Positions 51,618-61,671 of a DNA stretch of 64,000 nucleotides are shown here, in pieces. The stretch is taken from NCBI GenBank assembly GCA_963786935.1, contig CAWBAN010000001.1, forward strand, positions 1,152,001 to 1,216,000. The letters are read 5' to 3'. The position numbers and the translations under genes were made by a program. Every line of letters starts with the position of its first letter. Position 1 is the stretch's first letter. The stretch comes from an uncultured bacterium. Lineage in GTDB: Bacteria; Krumholzibacteriota; Krumholzibacteriia; Krumholzibacteriales; Krumholzibacteriaceae. The notes under the pieces are model-generated. The model did no database searches and was not told the DNA's origin. It saw only the letters and a program-made list of their open reading frames with translations.

Positions 51618-53426
51618 TCACCGCGGCTTCGGCGTCTCCGGCGTCACCCGGATATGGAGATCGTCGAGGAGCTGCTGCTCGACCTCCGAGGGAGCCCCTT
51701 CCATAAGAGAGGTGGCGCTCTGCGTCTTCGGAAAGGCGATGAAATCCCGGATCGTGGCGCCTCCGAACATGATCATCGCGATACGGTCGAGGCCGAGCGC
51801 GATGCCGCCGTGCGGGGGAGCGCCGTACTGAAACGCCTCGAGCAGGAACCCGAACTTGCGGTTCGCCTCCTCGGGGGTGATGCCGATGATGCCGAAGAGC
51901 CGCTCCTGCAGCTCGCGATGATGGATGCGAATGCTCCCCGAACCGAGCTCCGTCCCGTTGCAGACGAGATCGTAGAGGTGGCCGCGAACCCGCCCGGGGT
52001 CGCCCGCGAGGTGCGGCAGATCCTCCTCAAGGGGCATCGAGAAGATATGGTGGGCGGCCTCCCATCCTCCCCCCTCGGCGGGGAGAAAGAGGGGGAACCG
52101 GTTGATCCAGAGAAACCGGTGTCCCTCGCCGCCGTCGAGCATGAACGCGCGCCCCAGATGGAGCCTGAGCTCGCCGAGCGCCTTCGCCACGACGGCTTCG
52201 TCGCCGCCGACGATCAGGATGAGGCAGGGCCCCGCGGCGAGGCCGAAGATCGAGCGCAGCGCCGCGACGTGCGCCTCGGCGAGGAACTTCGATATGGGGG
52301 ACGAGACGCCGGACTCCTCGAGCTTGATCCAGACGAGCCCGCCCGCCCCGGCGGCCTTGGCGACCGCCTCGAGATCCGAAATCTGGCGTCTCGAGAACGA
52401 GGCGCCCTTTTCGAACGCGATGCCCCGCACCGTCCCGCCCCGCTCGAGGATCGACCGGAACACGGCGAATTCGCTCTCCCGGAACACCGCGGCGCAGTCG
52501 CGCATGTCGAGCCCGAATCTCATGTCGGGCTTGTCGCTCCCGTACCGGCTCATCGCCTCGGCGTAATCGATCCGCGGAAAGGGAATCGGGATCTCGACGC
52601 CGAGAACGCGCGAGAAGAGCTCGCGCATGAGCCGCTCGACGATCGAGAAGATATCCTCCTCGGTGATGAAGCTCATTTCGATGTCGATCTGCGTGTGCTC
52701 CGGCTGCCGGTCCGCGCGCAGATCCTCGTCCCGCAGGCAGCGGGCGAGCTGGAAATAGCGGTCGAATCCCGACACCATGAGAATCTGCTTGTAGAGCTGC
52801 GGGCTCTGCGGCAGCGCGTAGAATTTCCCCGCCTGGAGCCTGCTCGGCACGAGGTAGTCGCGCGCCCCTTCGGGCGTGCGCCGCACGAGCATCGGCGTCT
52901 CGATCTCGAGGAATCCTTCGGCCGAGAGGAATTCCCGCGCCGCCAGCGCGAGCCGGTGCCGCATCTCGATGTTCCGCTGGAGCGGATCCCGCCGCAGGTC
53001 GAGGTAGCGGTACCTGAGGCGCAGATCGTCGTTCGCCTGGACGTCGGAGGTCACGGCGAACGGGGGAACCTCGCTCCGGTTGAAGACGGCGATCCGGGTG
53101 GCGACGATCTCGATCTCCCCCGTTTTCATGTTCGCGTTCACCATGTTGTCCGGGCGCTTCCGCACGACCCCGGCGCAGGCGATGACGTCCTCGGCGCGCA
53201 GCGACTGGAACGCCGCCTGGAGCTCCCCCGCGCTCCGCTCCGTGACGAGCTGCACGACGCCCGTGCGGTCCCACAGATCGAGGAAGGTGAGGAAGCCGAG
53301 CTCCCGCACGCGCTTCACCCATCCCGCCAGCACGACCTCGCCCCCCTCGTCGCGGGCGCTCACCTCGCCGCAGCGGCGCGTGCGCTTCCACGCGGCCCCG
53401 AAATGATCGATCGCTCGATTATCCAT
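51618..53426 (-). CDS. aspS: Aspartate--tRNA ligase
   Basis: LRLRYRYLDLRR, TPEGARDYLVPSR, LPQSPQLYKQ, RDEDLRADRQPE, GAPPHGGIALGLDR, IAFPKT. Confidence 0.98.
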   Translation of the reverse strand: MDNRAIDHFGAAWKRTRRCGEVSARDEGGEVVLAGWVKRVRELGFLTFLDLWDRTGVVQLVTERSAGELQAAFQSLRAEDVIACAGVVRKRPDNMVNANMKTGEIEIVATRIAVFNRSEVPPFAVTSDVQANDDLRLRYRYLDLRRDPLQRNIEMRHRLALAAREFLSAEGFLEIETPMLVRRTPEGARDYLVPSRLQAGKFYALPQSPQLYKQILMVSGFDRYFQLARCLRDEDLRADRQPEHTQIDIEMSFITEEDIFSIVERLMRELFSRVLGVEIPIPFPRIDYAEAMSRYGSDKPDMRFGLDMRDCAAVFRESEFAVFRSILERGGTVRGIAFEKGASFSRRQISDLEAVAKAAGAGGLVWIKLEESGVSSPISKFLAEAHVAALRSIFGLAAGPCLILIVGGDEAVVAKALGELRLHLGRAFMLDGGEGHRFLWINRFPLFLPAEGGGWEAAHHIFSMPLEEDLPHLAGDPGRVRGHLYDLVCNGTELGSGSIRIHHRELQERLFGIIGITPEEANRKFGFLLEAFQYGAPPHGGIALGLDRIAMIMFGGATIRDFIAFPKTQSATSLMEGAPSEVEQQLLDDLHIRVTPETPKPR

Positions 53427-54687
53427 CCATCCGCTCCAATTCATCCGAGACCGCCGCGGCGAGCGCGCCGGTCTCGACCGCGCGCTGCTCCCCCGTCTTC
53501 ATATTCTTGAGCGCCGCCGCGCCCGGGCCGATCTCGGCGAGACCGACGATGACGGCGAGCGGCGCGAGCTCGTCGGAGGCGGCCTTGAGCTGCTTCTTGA
53601 GGCTTCGCTCCGAGAGGTCGACGAGCACGCCGCGCCCCCCGGCGCGCAGCTCCCGCGCCACGCGCATCGCCCCGGCCTCGAGAGACGCGTCGAGCACGAC
53701 GACGTAGACGTCCGTCTGCCGCCCGCGTCGCGCGGCGGCGAATCCTTCGGGGAGGATCTCCATGAGGCGCTCCATGCCCGCCGAGAAGCCGACGGCGGGA
53801 ATCGACGGCCCCCCGCAGTCCTCCGCGAGACCGTCGTAGCGCCCTCCTCCGCAGAGGGCGTTCTGCGCCCCGAGCGAGGGATGGAGTATCTCGAACGCCG
53901 TCTTCGTGTAGTAATCGAGGCCGCGGACGAGGAGCGGATCGAGCGCGTACCGGATGCCCATCTCGCCGAGCAATCCCTGCAGCTTTTCGAAATGGCCGCG
54001 GCAGTCGGCGCAGAGGTGGTCGGTGATTCTCGGGAGCCGCTCCTTCACCGGACCGCATTCCTTGCAGTCGAAGATCCGCAGGGGATTCGTCGCGGTCCGC
54101 TCGAGACACGCCCCGCAGAGCTCGCCCCGGAGCCCTTCGAGCTTCGCCGTCAGCACGGCCTTGAAAGCGGGCCGGCACACGGGGCACCCGACGCTGTTGA
54201 GCCGCACCTCGAGCTCCGGAAATCCGAGCGCGCGGTAGAGACCGAGGCTCGTATCGATGATCTCGGCGTCGATCGCGGGCCCCTTCGATCCGAGCGCCTC
54301 GGCTCCGATCTGGTGAAACTGCCGGTACCTGCCGGCCTGCGGACGGTCGTAGCGGAACATCGGGCCCGCGTAGAAATAGCGCGCGATGCCCCCCGCGCGG
54401 TAGAGACCGTTCTCCAGGTACGCGCGCATCACCGACGCGGTGTTTTCCGGCCGAAGCGTGAGGCTTCGCCCCTTCCGATCGGGGAAGGTGTACATCTCCT
54501 TCGTGACGATGTCGGTCGCTTCCCCCACCGTGCGGACGAACAGCTCGGTTGACTCGAAGATCGGCGTGCGGATCTCGCGATAGCCGCAGCTCCGGAGGTA
54601 GCCGGCGAGGGCGCGCTCGACGACGCCCCAATCCTCCATCCGCTCGCCGAAAAAGTCGTTCGTGCCTCTCGGTTTCGTGTATTTCAT
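53419..54687 (-). CDS. hisS: Histidine--tRNA ligase
   Basis: PRGTND, KEMY.F, LRPENTA, FRYDRPQAGRYRQFHQ, LVRGLDYY, GGGRYDGL. Confidence 0.98.
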   Translation of the reverse strand: MKYTKPRGTNDFFGERMEDWGVVERALAGYLRSCGYREIRTPIFESTELFVRTVGEATDIVTKEMYTFPDRKGRSLTLRPENTASVMRAYLENGLYRAGGIARYFYAGPMFRYDRPQAGRYRQFHQIGAEALGSKGPAIDAEIIDTSLGLYRALGFPELEVRLNSVGCPVCRPAFKAVLTAKLEGLRGELCGACLERTATNPLRIFDCKECGPVKERLPRITDHLCADCRGHFEKLQGLLGEMGIRYALDPLLVRGLDYYTKTAFEILHPSLGAQNALCGGGRYDGLAEDCGGPSIPAVGFSAGMERLMEILPEGFAAARRGRQTDVYVVVLDASLEAGAMRVARELRAGGRGVLVDLSERSLKKQLKAASDELAPLAVIVGLAEIGPGAAALKNMKTGEQRAVETGALAAAVSDELERMDG

Positions 54688-55076
54688 GCCTGCTCCGCGC
54701 TGCCGGCGCGCGCCCGGTAGCGCCGCATGCCGACCAGCGCCCCGCTCGCCACGCCGGCCATATCGGCGGCCCAGTCGAAAATATTCGCATCGCGGCCGGG
54801 TATGAACGCCTGATGATATTCGTCGACGCTCGCGATCACGAGCCCCGTCGACAGCACGATGAGCCACGCCGGAACGCCCCTGCGCCATCGCTCGCCGCGG
54901 ATCCCCCGGTAGAAGAGAAACGCGAGGATCAGGTACTCGAGAAAATGCGCGACCTTGTCCGACCAGGCCGGCATGCCGAACTCGTCCCCCGACAGCCGGG
55001 GAATCGACGACCCGACGAAGATCAGAATCGTCCAGATGAAGAACGGGAGCAATTGTCTCATGGTTTTCGCCGGCAC
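54684..55076 (-). CDS. VanZ family membrane protein
   Basis: DKVAHFLEY, DEYHQAFIPGR, DWAAD. Confidence 0.9.
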   Translation of the reverse strand: MPAKTMRQLLPFFIWTILIFVGSSIPRLSGDEFGMPAWSDKVAHFLEYLILAFLFYRGIRGERWRRGVPAWLIVLSTGLVIASVDEYHQAFIPGRDANIFDWAADMAGVASGALVGMRRYRARAGSAEQA

Positions 55077-55124
55077 CGTGCCTCTTCCATTCTCGATCGC
55101 CGCCGCGGCCTCGGGGAACGCCCT

Positions 55125-55153
55125 AATATACCTTCCTCGTCCGCTCCGGTCAA
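55125..55153 (-). promoter_or_regulatory. sigma70-type promoter for vanZ-hisS-aspS
   Basis: TTGACC-N17-TATATT. Confidence 0.65.
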
Positions 55154-55169
55154 CCGCGGAGCCCCGCCG

Positions 55170-56111
55170 TCACCGCGCGCATCCGCGGCCGCCGGCCGTC
55201 GATACGGGCGGCGCCATCGCGGCGAGCGCGGCGATGAGGGCGAGGTCGCTCTCGCGCGCCGCGTACAGGCCGGCGATGCCGAGCGCGGCGAGCTCGCCGC
55301 GCAGCGGACGGGGCACGCGATCCAGGACGCCGGGCAGCCGCCGCGCGAACTCCACACGGTACTGCGAATAGGAGGCGGGATCGTACGCGACGACGATTTC
55401 GGGAAACGCATCCCCCTCGTACAGAACGTCGAGCTCCCCCTCCCCCACGACGCCGGACGCCTCGAGCGCCTGCAGGCGCTCGAGCGAGATGCCCCCCGCG
55501 TCGTAGGCGCCGTAAATGACGCCGAACGCGACCCGCTCGTCCCCGGGGTACGACTCGGCGAACCCGATTGCGGCCGCCGAGAGCGCGCACCCCGATCGCT
55601 CGAGCGCGCGGTACGGCGCCAGAAATCCCGCCGCCGAGCGCGCGGAGCAGAAGATGACCCTCGCCCCGCTCGCGGGGGGCGCCGGCGCGCCCGCCTTCAC
55701 GATGACGGCGCTCCGCGAGTAGCGGTGCGCCTCCCGCTCCGCCGCGACGAGCGCGCAGCCGAGAGCACCGCGCGCGAGGGGCGCCGAAAGCTCGAGCGAC
55801 GTCGTGAGATAGAAATCGCAGCCGGACAGCTCGTCGCCGGATCGCAGGTACCGCCAGCGGATATCCCCGCACCCCTTGCCCCTGCAGAAATCGGCGAACT
55901 GCTCGAGCGTGGATCCGGCGCGCGCCGAATCGAACGTGCACACGCCGATCACGATCGCCGTGTGCGCCATTCCCTCCTCGTCGAGAAACAGGGCGCCCGC
56001 GGCGAGCGCGATGATCGCCGCGAATACGATAATCGTGCCCCATCGACCGAGGCGCGACGGGATGAGCCCGGCATCGTTGCCGCGATCGTTTGTGCTTCCC
56101 GTGTTTTCCAT
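55170..56111 (-). CDS. PhnD/phosphonate-type substrate-binding-like protein with N-terminal TM
   Basis: YSRSAVIV, FCSARSAAGFLAP, VAFGVIYGAYDAG resemble the PhnD family. Start trimmed to MENTG. Confidence 0.65.
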   Translation of the reverse strand: MENTGSTNDRGNDAGLIPSRLGRWGTIIVFAAIIALAAGALFLDEEGMAHTAIVIGVCTFDSARAGSTLEQFADFCRGKGCGDIRWRYLRSGDELSGCDFYLTTSLELSAPLARGALGCALVAAEREAHRYSRSAVIVKAGAPAPPASGARVIFCSARSAAGFLAPYRALERSGCALSAAAIGFAESYPGDERVAFGVIYGAYDAGGISLERLQALEASGVVGEGELDVLYEGDAFPEIVVAYDPASYSQYRVEFARRLPGVLDRVPRPLRGELAALGIAGLYAARESDLALIAALAAMAPPVSTAGGRGCAR

Positions 56112-56122
56112 GCGCGCCGCCT

Positions 56123-57064
56123 TTACCGTTTCGGGGTCACCTTCACCTCGAACGAGTCGACGTCGATCGTGAACGTGTCGATGCCCTGCGGCACGAGAAC
56201 CTCCGGCTTGATCCATACCGTTCCCCGGGCGCCCGGCGGGACGCTCAGCACGATCGAGCAGTCGTCGTTCACGAGACGGCCGACGAGGTCCTCGGGCCCC
56301 TCGACGACGAGCGACGCGGTGGGGGGCGACCACTCGACCTGGAAACCTTCCTCCACCTGAAGCAGCGTCGGCGGGATCCCCTGCATCGTCCGGACGGCGC
56401 GCCGGGCGATTTCGATCTCGACGCGCACGCCCCGCGGCCGGGCCTCGCGCCGCTCGCCCGCGCGGACCGCCACGTCCTGGGAGAATCCGCTCCGCCTGCC
56501 GCGCAAATCGATCGGATCCGTTTCGACGGCGGCCAGCCCGCTCATGTCGCCCGCGGAGCCGCGGACGAGCACGACGGGAGGGCTCACCGTCGGCTGGCCG
56601 ACGAGGATCATTTCCGGCGGGACCGCGCCGCGGAACACGGGCGTGACCGTCACGTACGCGCTGACGATCCGCTCGAAATCGAGGCTGAGCGATTTCGGCG
56701 CGTCGATCGTCGCATCCCCGGCCGGGAATCCCGCGGGGAGATTGAGAATCGCCGGAGAGAGCGGCACGACGACTCTCCCCCGCTTCGCGGCGCCGAGGTC
56801 GACGGTCCCCCTGATCCTGCTCAGGAACCGGAGCTTCATGAGCTCGCTCCGGGGACCCCGCACCGTGACCGAAATCTCTTTCGGGGCCTCGCCCGCCACC
56901 GCGAGGCTCTCCGGAATATTGACGAGATCGAGCGGGACCTTGAAGGTCTGCCGCTCGCCGATCTGCGCCGTGACGTAGAGCCACAGGAGAATCGCGAACA
57001 GGATCGAGACGATCTTGATCCCGATGTTCTCCGTGACGGCCCGGTACACGCTCTGGAAACGCAC
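56123..57064 (-). CDS. YbbR/CdaR-like domain protein
   Basis: NIGIKIVSILFAILLWLYV then YbbR-like repeats (V.VRGP.S.L, P..V.VRG, V.VEGP). Confidence 0.85.
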   Translation of the reverse strand: MRFQSVYRAVTENIGIKIVSILFAILLWLYVTAQIGERQTFKVPLDLVNIPESLAVAGEAPKEISVTVRGPRSELMKLRFLSRIRGTVDLGAAKRGRVVVPLSPAILNLPAGFPAGDATIDAPKSLSLDFERIVSAYVTVTPVFRGAVPPEMILVGQPTVSPPVVLVRGSAGDMSGLAAVETDPIDLRGRRSGFSQDVAVRAGERREARPRGVRVEIEIARRAVRTMQGIPPTLLQVEEGFQVEWSPPTASLVVEGPEDLVGRLVNDDCSIVLSVPPGARGTVWIKPEVLVPQGIDTFTIDVDSFEVKVTPKR

Positions 57065-57077
57065 GAGACGACCTCGC

Positions 57078-58298
57078 TCACTCTCCGGCGACGGGGCCGG
57101 ATCCGTTGGGATGTTTCTCGAGATAGGAGACGATTCCCTCGGCGAGGGATTTCGCGAGCCAGCTGAGGTAGCTTTCCTTCGAGACGGTCGACGCTTCCTT
57201 CTTGTTCGAGAGATATCCCCCCTCGACCAGAATCGACGGCATCGTGACGCTGCGCAGGACAATGAGAGACGCCTGCTTGATCTTCCGGAACGGGACGGGA
57301 GGTTTCACGCGCAGCTCCGAAGCGACCTCCTCGGCGAGCAGCGAGCTCTGCCGCATCGCGTTCGAGAGGCTCACGTCGAACAGGATCGACTTCAGATCGT
57401 CGTTGAAACCGGCGCTGTCGGCGCCGGCCTCGAGGAGCAGGTTCTCGCGTTCCGCGACGGCCGCGGCGTTGTCGTCCGACGCCTGCAGCGACAGGAAATA
57501 GAGCTCGAGGCCCTGTATCTTGGGGCTCGGATTCGAGTTGAAATGAAGGCTGACGAACACCTCGCCGCCGCTCTCGCGCGCGAACGTGACGCGTCTGACC
57601 CAGTGCACGTCGTAGTCTCCGTCGCGCGTGAGGATCGCCCGATATCCGGGGCGTTTCTCGATTTCGCTCTTGAGCATCTTTGCGAGCCTCAGATTGAGCG
57701 TCTTCTCCTGGATACCGCTCCGCGATACCGTGCCCGCCGCGGGACCCCCGTGCCCGGGGTCGATGATGACGACACGGGTCCCCCCGCCGGCTCGCGGCGC
57801 CGCCGCCGGATTCTCCGCGGGAACCGGGCCGCCGGCCGCGGCCGGCGGCCGCGCGCCCTCGGCGTCCGCCGCGACCCCCGTCCTCCCCCCATCCGGACGG
57901 ACGACGTCGATGACGATCCGGTGGGGCTTGCCGGCATCCGGCTTCAAAGCGAAATGCTTGAACTCCGCGCGACGGGAGAGATCGAGAACGACCTGGCTGC
58001 CTTCCCGTATGCGATTCAGGCGAATCCGGTCGAGGAGACCGTCGTGAACCTCGATTTCCTTGACGTTTTCGGCGATCCGGGCGTTCTGCAGATCGATGAC
58101 GATCCGGAATGGATCGACGGCGGTTCTGACCGAATAGCGCCCTTCGCCGGTCATATCGAGCACGACCCTCGTGCCGGAATCGCCCGTGCGAAAGCGGATG
58201 TCCCGCACATATCGCGCCGCCGGAGCGGACGACGGCATCCCCGCGCCCAGACAAGCGGCGATGAACGCGACGATCAATAATGAACGATAGGACGCCAT
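57078..58298 (-). CDS. N-acetylmuramoyl-L-alanine amidase (AMIN + Amidase_3)
   Basis: TRVVLD and RIVID AMIN motifs; IDPGHGG, EK, SLHFN, AEREN, PSILVE.G. Confidence 0.93.
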   Translation of the reverse strand: MASYRSLLIVAFIAACLGAGMPSSAPAARYVRDIRFRTGDSGTRVVLDMTGEGRYSVRTAVDPFRIVIDLQNARIAENVKEIEVHDGLLDRIRLNRIREGSQVVLDLSRRAEFKHFALKPDAGKPHRIVIDVVRPDGGRTGVAADAEGARPPAAAGGPVPAENPAAAPRAGGGTRVVIIDPGHGGPAAGTVSRSGIQEKTLNLRLAKMLKSEIEKRPGYRAILTRDGDYDVHWVRRVTFARESGGEVFVSLHFNSNPSPKIQGLELYFLSLQASDDNAAAVAERENLLLEAGADSAGFNDDLKSILFDVSLSNAMRQSSLLAEEVASELRVKPPVPFRKIKQASLIVLRSVTMPSILVEGGYLSNKKEASTVSKESYLSWLAKSLAEGIVSYLEKHPNGSGPVAGE

Positions 58299-58420
58299 AA
58301 TACCTCGACGGATGAGCGCGGCACGCGCGCCGCGTTCCTTCGCCGCACGAGTCTACGCGGTCGCGGCCGTGGCTGACAACAGAAATTGAAAAGGATTATT
58401 CGTCCGGGCCGCCCGCCGGA

Positions 58421-59338
58421 TCAGTCGTAGCAGACGCCCTGCGGAATCACGTACTGGAGCGGATCGCGCTGCGCCCTGCGGAACAGAACCTCGTAGTGCA
58501 GGTGGCTCCCCGTCGAATGCCCCGTGTTTCCGACGAGACCGATGATCTCGCCGCGTTTCACCTTCTGCCCGCGGGTCACGAGGAGCTTGGACAGGTGCGC
58601 GTAGCGCGTCGAGAATCCGTTCTCATGGTTGATTTCGATCATGAGCCCGAATCCGCCGTTGCTCCGCGCGAAGCTGACGACGCCGTCGGCGGTGCTCAGG
58701 ACGGGTGCACCCGTGCGGGCGCGATAGTCGATCCCCGAATGGTGGACGACCTCGCCGAGGAACGGATCCATCCGGCGCCCGTAACGACTCGAGAGGAATC
58801 CCCCCCTCAGGGGACGGATCGCCGGCGTGCCGCTGCGGATCTTCCTCTCCTTTTCGAGCACCGAGAGGACTTCCGAATAGCTTTCGAGCTGAATCTCCGT
58901 CTGCCGGAGCATTTGATCGAGGTTCTCGTCGATCGCGCCGAACGCGCTGTCCGGGTACGCGGTCTCCATGAGGCCGAGATCCGCCTCGCTCCCGCCGACG
59001 CCCGCCTGCCAGACGTCATGGGAGAGCGGCTCGAGGCTCGCGAGCAAGCGCGCCCGGTTCTGGAGCTCGAAGCTCAGGTCCATCTTCTCCTTGAGCCCGT
59101 CCACCTCGGCGCGGAAACGGGTGAGATCCTTCGTGAGACGCTCGTTCTCCGCCTTGAGATTCTTGATGGCGATGCCGTTCAGGCCGCGGCCGGCGCGGGA
59201 GGCGAGCAGCACGACGGCCGCCACGACGATCACGGCGACGGCGGCGGCCAGGCCGATGGCGAGGGTCCGGCGCACCCGGATCATCTTCACGCCGGCTTTC
59301 GCTCCGCGCACCCACAGAAAATCGAAATATCGGTCCAT
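58421..59338 (-). CDS. M23 family metallopeptidase
   Basis: HSGID, TRYAHL, GNTGHSTGSHLHYEV; N-terminal TM and coiled coil. Confidence 0.95.
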   Translation of the reverse strand: MDRYFDFLWVRGAKAGVKMIRVRRTLAIGLAAAVAVIVVAAVVLLASRAGRGLNGIAIKNLKAENERLTKDLTRFRAEVDGLKEKMDLSFELQNRARLLASLEPLSHDVWQAGVGGSEADLGLMETAYPDSAFGAIDENLDQMLRQTEIQLESYSEVLSVLEKERKIRSGTPAIRPLRGGFLSSRYGRRMDPFLGEVVHHSGIDYRARTGAPVLSTADGVVSFARSNGGFGLMIEINHENGFSTRYAHLSKLLVTRGQKVKRGEIIGLVGNTGHSTGSHLHYEVLFRRAQRDPLQYVIPQGVCYD

Positions 59339-59481
59339 ACCGGATCTCCGAAATCGAAGCTATTCAGTTATTCCCTGTTTCCCGTAAAACCTAATAGCCG
59401 CCCTGGACGCGCGTCAAGCGATTATTCCTCCCCGCCGTGAAATGCTGCAAATGGCGTACCAGCGAGACGGCCGGAGGCATG

Positions 59482-59514
59482 AAAAAAGGGCGGGGAAACC
59501 TCGTTCCCCCGCCC
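59482..59514 (-). terminator. Rho-independent terminator after the sigma factor
   Basis: GGGCGGGG(G)AA/TTCCCCGCCC stem followed by T6. Confidence 0.85.
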
Positions 59515-59538
59515 TCTGCAATCGATGTCAGGCCGGGA

Positions 59539-60438
59539 TCAATCCTGCACGTACCCTTTCAGGTACTTGCTCCGGGAGTTGTGCCGAAGACGCAGGATGG
59601 CCTTCTCCTTGATCTGCCGGATGCGCTCCCTCGTGAGATTCATACGCTTGCCGATCTCCTCGAGCGTGAGCGGCTCCTCCCCTTCGATGCCGAAGTAGAG
59701 GGACAGTATCTGCCGCTCGCGGTCGGTCAACGTGTCGAGCGCCTTCTGCATATCGTCGCTCAGCGCGTTCACGTACGTCTGCTCGTCCGGGGCCTCGAGA
59801 TTGTCGTCGGCGAGGTAATCGACGAGCGAGTTCTCTTCCTGATCGTTGCTGAACGACGCGTCGAGGGAGAGATGGCTGTTCGCGATCTGCATCGTGTCCC
59901 GCACCTCGTCATGGGGGAGCTTCAGCTTTTCGGCGATCTCGGACACCTCGGGACTTCTGCCGAGCTCCTGATCGAGCTGCCGGGCCGCCTTACCGATACG
60001 GTAGAGCGTGCCCGCGCGATTGAGGGGCAGCCGCACGATCCTCGACTGCTCGGCGAGCGCCTGCAGCATCGCCTGACGGATCCACCATACGGCGTAGGAG
60101 ATGAATTTATACCCTCTCTTCTCGTCGAACCGGTACGCGGCCTTGATGAGCCCCAGGTTCCCCTCGTTCACGAGATCGGCGAGCGAGAGCCCCTGATTCA
60201 CATACTGCTTCGCGATGGAGACGACGAAGCGGAGATTCGCCTTGACGAGCGCGTGCAGCGCGTTCTCGTCATTCTTGCGGATTCTCTTGGCCAGATCGCG
60301 CTCCTGCTCCCTCGTGAGAAGAGGAGTGTTGTTGATCTCCTTGAGATAAAGATCCAGGCTTCTCTCGCCTATGTATTCGCCGCTCTCCCTGTTTTCCGAG
60401 TACATCTCTTCCTTTTCCCTCAGGTCGTCCTCAGTCAT
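59539..60438 (-). CDS. RpoD/SigA-family sigma-70 factor, short form lacking region 1.1
   Basis: YLKEI..PLL, ANLRFVVSIAKQY, EGNLGL, YAVWWIRQAMLQALAEQSRIVRLPLN, TLEEIG..LTRERIRQIKEKA; 299 aa. Confidence 0.95.
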   Translation of the reverse strand: MTEDDLREKEEMYSENRESGEYIGERSLDLYLKEINNTPLLTREQERDLAKRIRKNDENALHALVKANLRFVVSIAKQYVNQGLSLADLVNEGNLGLIKAAYRFDEKRGYKFISYAVWWIRQAMLQALAEQSRIVRLPLNRAGTLYRIGKAARQLDQELGRSPEVSEIAEKLKLPHDEVRDTMQIANSHLSLDASFSNDQEENSLVDYLADDNLEAPDEQTYVNALSDDMQKALDTLTDRERQILSLYFGIEGEEPLTLEEIGKRMNLTRERIRQIKEKAILRLRHNSRSKYLKGYVQD

Positions 60439-60621
60439 AATAAACCGCCTTCAATACCCGAACGGTTTCCTTCGACTCCGTTCCACTTAGACCCTTCACA
60501 AGGTGCATACACCTCGCGCGCAGAAAAGTTCTTTCTTTTCGGTGGGGTTCTAAGTGCAGGTATCGTCGGCGAAACGATTTACTTTCCTGTCACAACTTGC
60601 CCATACACCCTTACACCCAAT

Positions 60622-60650
60622 AGTGTATCCGCATACCGGAATTATGTCAA
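60622..60650 (-). promoter_or_regulatory. sigma70-type promoter of the sigma factor gene
   Basis: TTGACA-N17-TACACT. Confidence 0.7.
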
Positions 60651-60903
60651 GAATAATTCTGGAAAAATTTCGCTTTTTTCAAGGGGGGCGCCCCGAGACG
60701 GCCCCCCGGCGACGGCAGATCGGCATAATTCATTGTATTGCAAAGCCCAAGGGTCCTCGCCCACCCTCCCGCTTCCGACAGGAACGGCCCGCTCCGGGCC
60801 CGCGCGGAGGACGCGGGGGGGTTTTCCCTTGCCATAACCGGTCGATTCTGCAATAGAATTCAGTACCGTATTCCGAACCGGGATAATCCAGGGGAGCAGA
60901 ACC

Positions 60904-61671
60904 GTGACGCATGCGAAAGACTCCGTATTCTTCCTCTCCGACGCCCATTTCAAATACGACGGCTCGAATCCCGACGAGCGCTTGAAGCGGGATCGATTCA
61001 TCTCTTTCATCGCCCGCATCGAGGGTGCGTCGAGGCTCTACCTCCTCGGAGACATCTTCGATTTCTGGTTCGAATACGCGAGCGTCGTGCCGCGGTACTA
61101 CGGGGATATCCTCGACGCGCTCGCCGCGCTCAAGAGATCGGGCACCGCCATTTACATCGCGGGCGGGAACCACGATTTCTGGCTCGGATCGCACGTATCC
61201 GGGACGCTCGGCTTCGAAATTCTCCCGCTTCGCGCCACGCACGCAATTCAGGGAGTCACGGTGGCGATGACGCACGGGGACGAGCTCCTCCCCGGCGACC
61301 GCGGCTACAAGATGCTCAAGGCGGTCATCCGGAGCCGGCCGGCGGTCGCCCTTGCCCGCGCCGTGCATCCCGATCTTCTCTACGCCTTCGCGCGGCACTT
61401 CTCGCGGGCGAGCAAAGGCATCACGGCGAAGAAGACCGAGCGCGCCGCGAAGGCCCTCCTCTCGATGGCGGAGGGGGCCTTCTTCACCGCCGGCAACGAC
61501 GCCTTCGTCATGGGGCACATCCATTACCCGTGCATCGAACGCTTCGGGGAGCACACCTTCGCGATCATCGGGGATTGGGAGCGGAACTTCTCGTATCTCG
61601 AGATGCGTGAGGGGCGATTCTCGCTGAAATTCTACCGGCCGGGGGAGAACACGTTGAGCGAGAACCGGTGA
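60904..61671 (+). CDS. lpxH: UDP-2,3-diacylglucosamine diphosphatase (LpxH-like metallophosphoesterase)
   Basis: SDAH, LGDIFDFWFEY, GNHDFW, THGD, MGHIH, GDW. Confidence 0.85.
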   Translation: MTHAKDSVFFLSDAHFKYDGSNPDERLKRDRFISFIARIEGASRLYLLGDIFDFWFEYASVVPRYYGDILDALAALKRSGTAIYIAGGNHDFWLGSHVSGTLGFEILPLRATHAIQGVTVAMTHGDELLPGDRGYKMLKAVIRSRPAVALARAVHPDLLYAFARHFSRASKGITAKKTERAAKALLSMAEGAFFTAGNDAFVMGHIHYPCIERFGEHTFAIIGDWERNFSYLEMREGRFSLKFYRPGENTLSENR

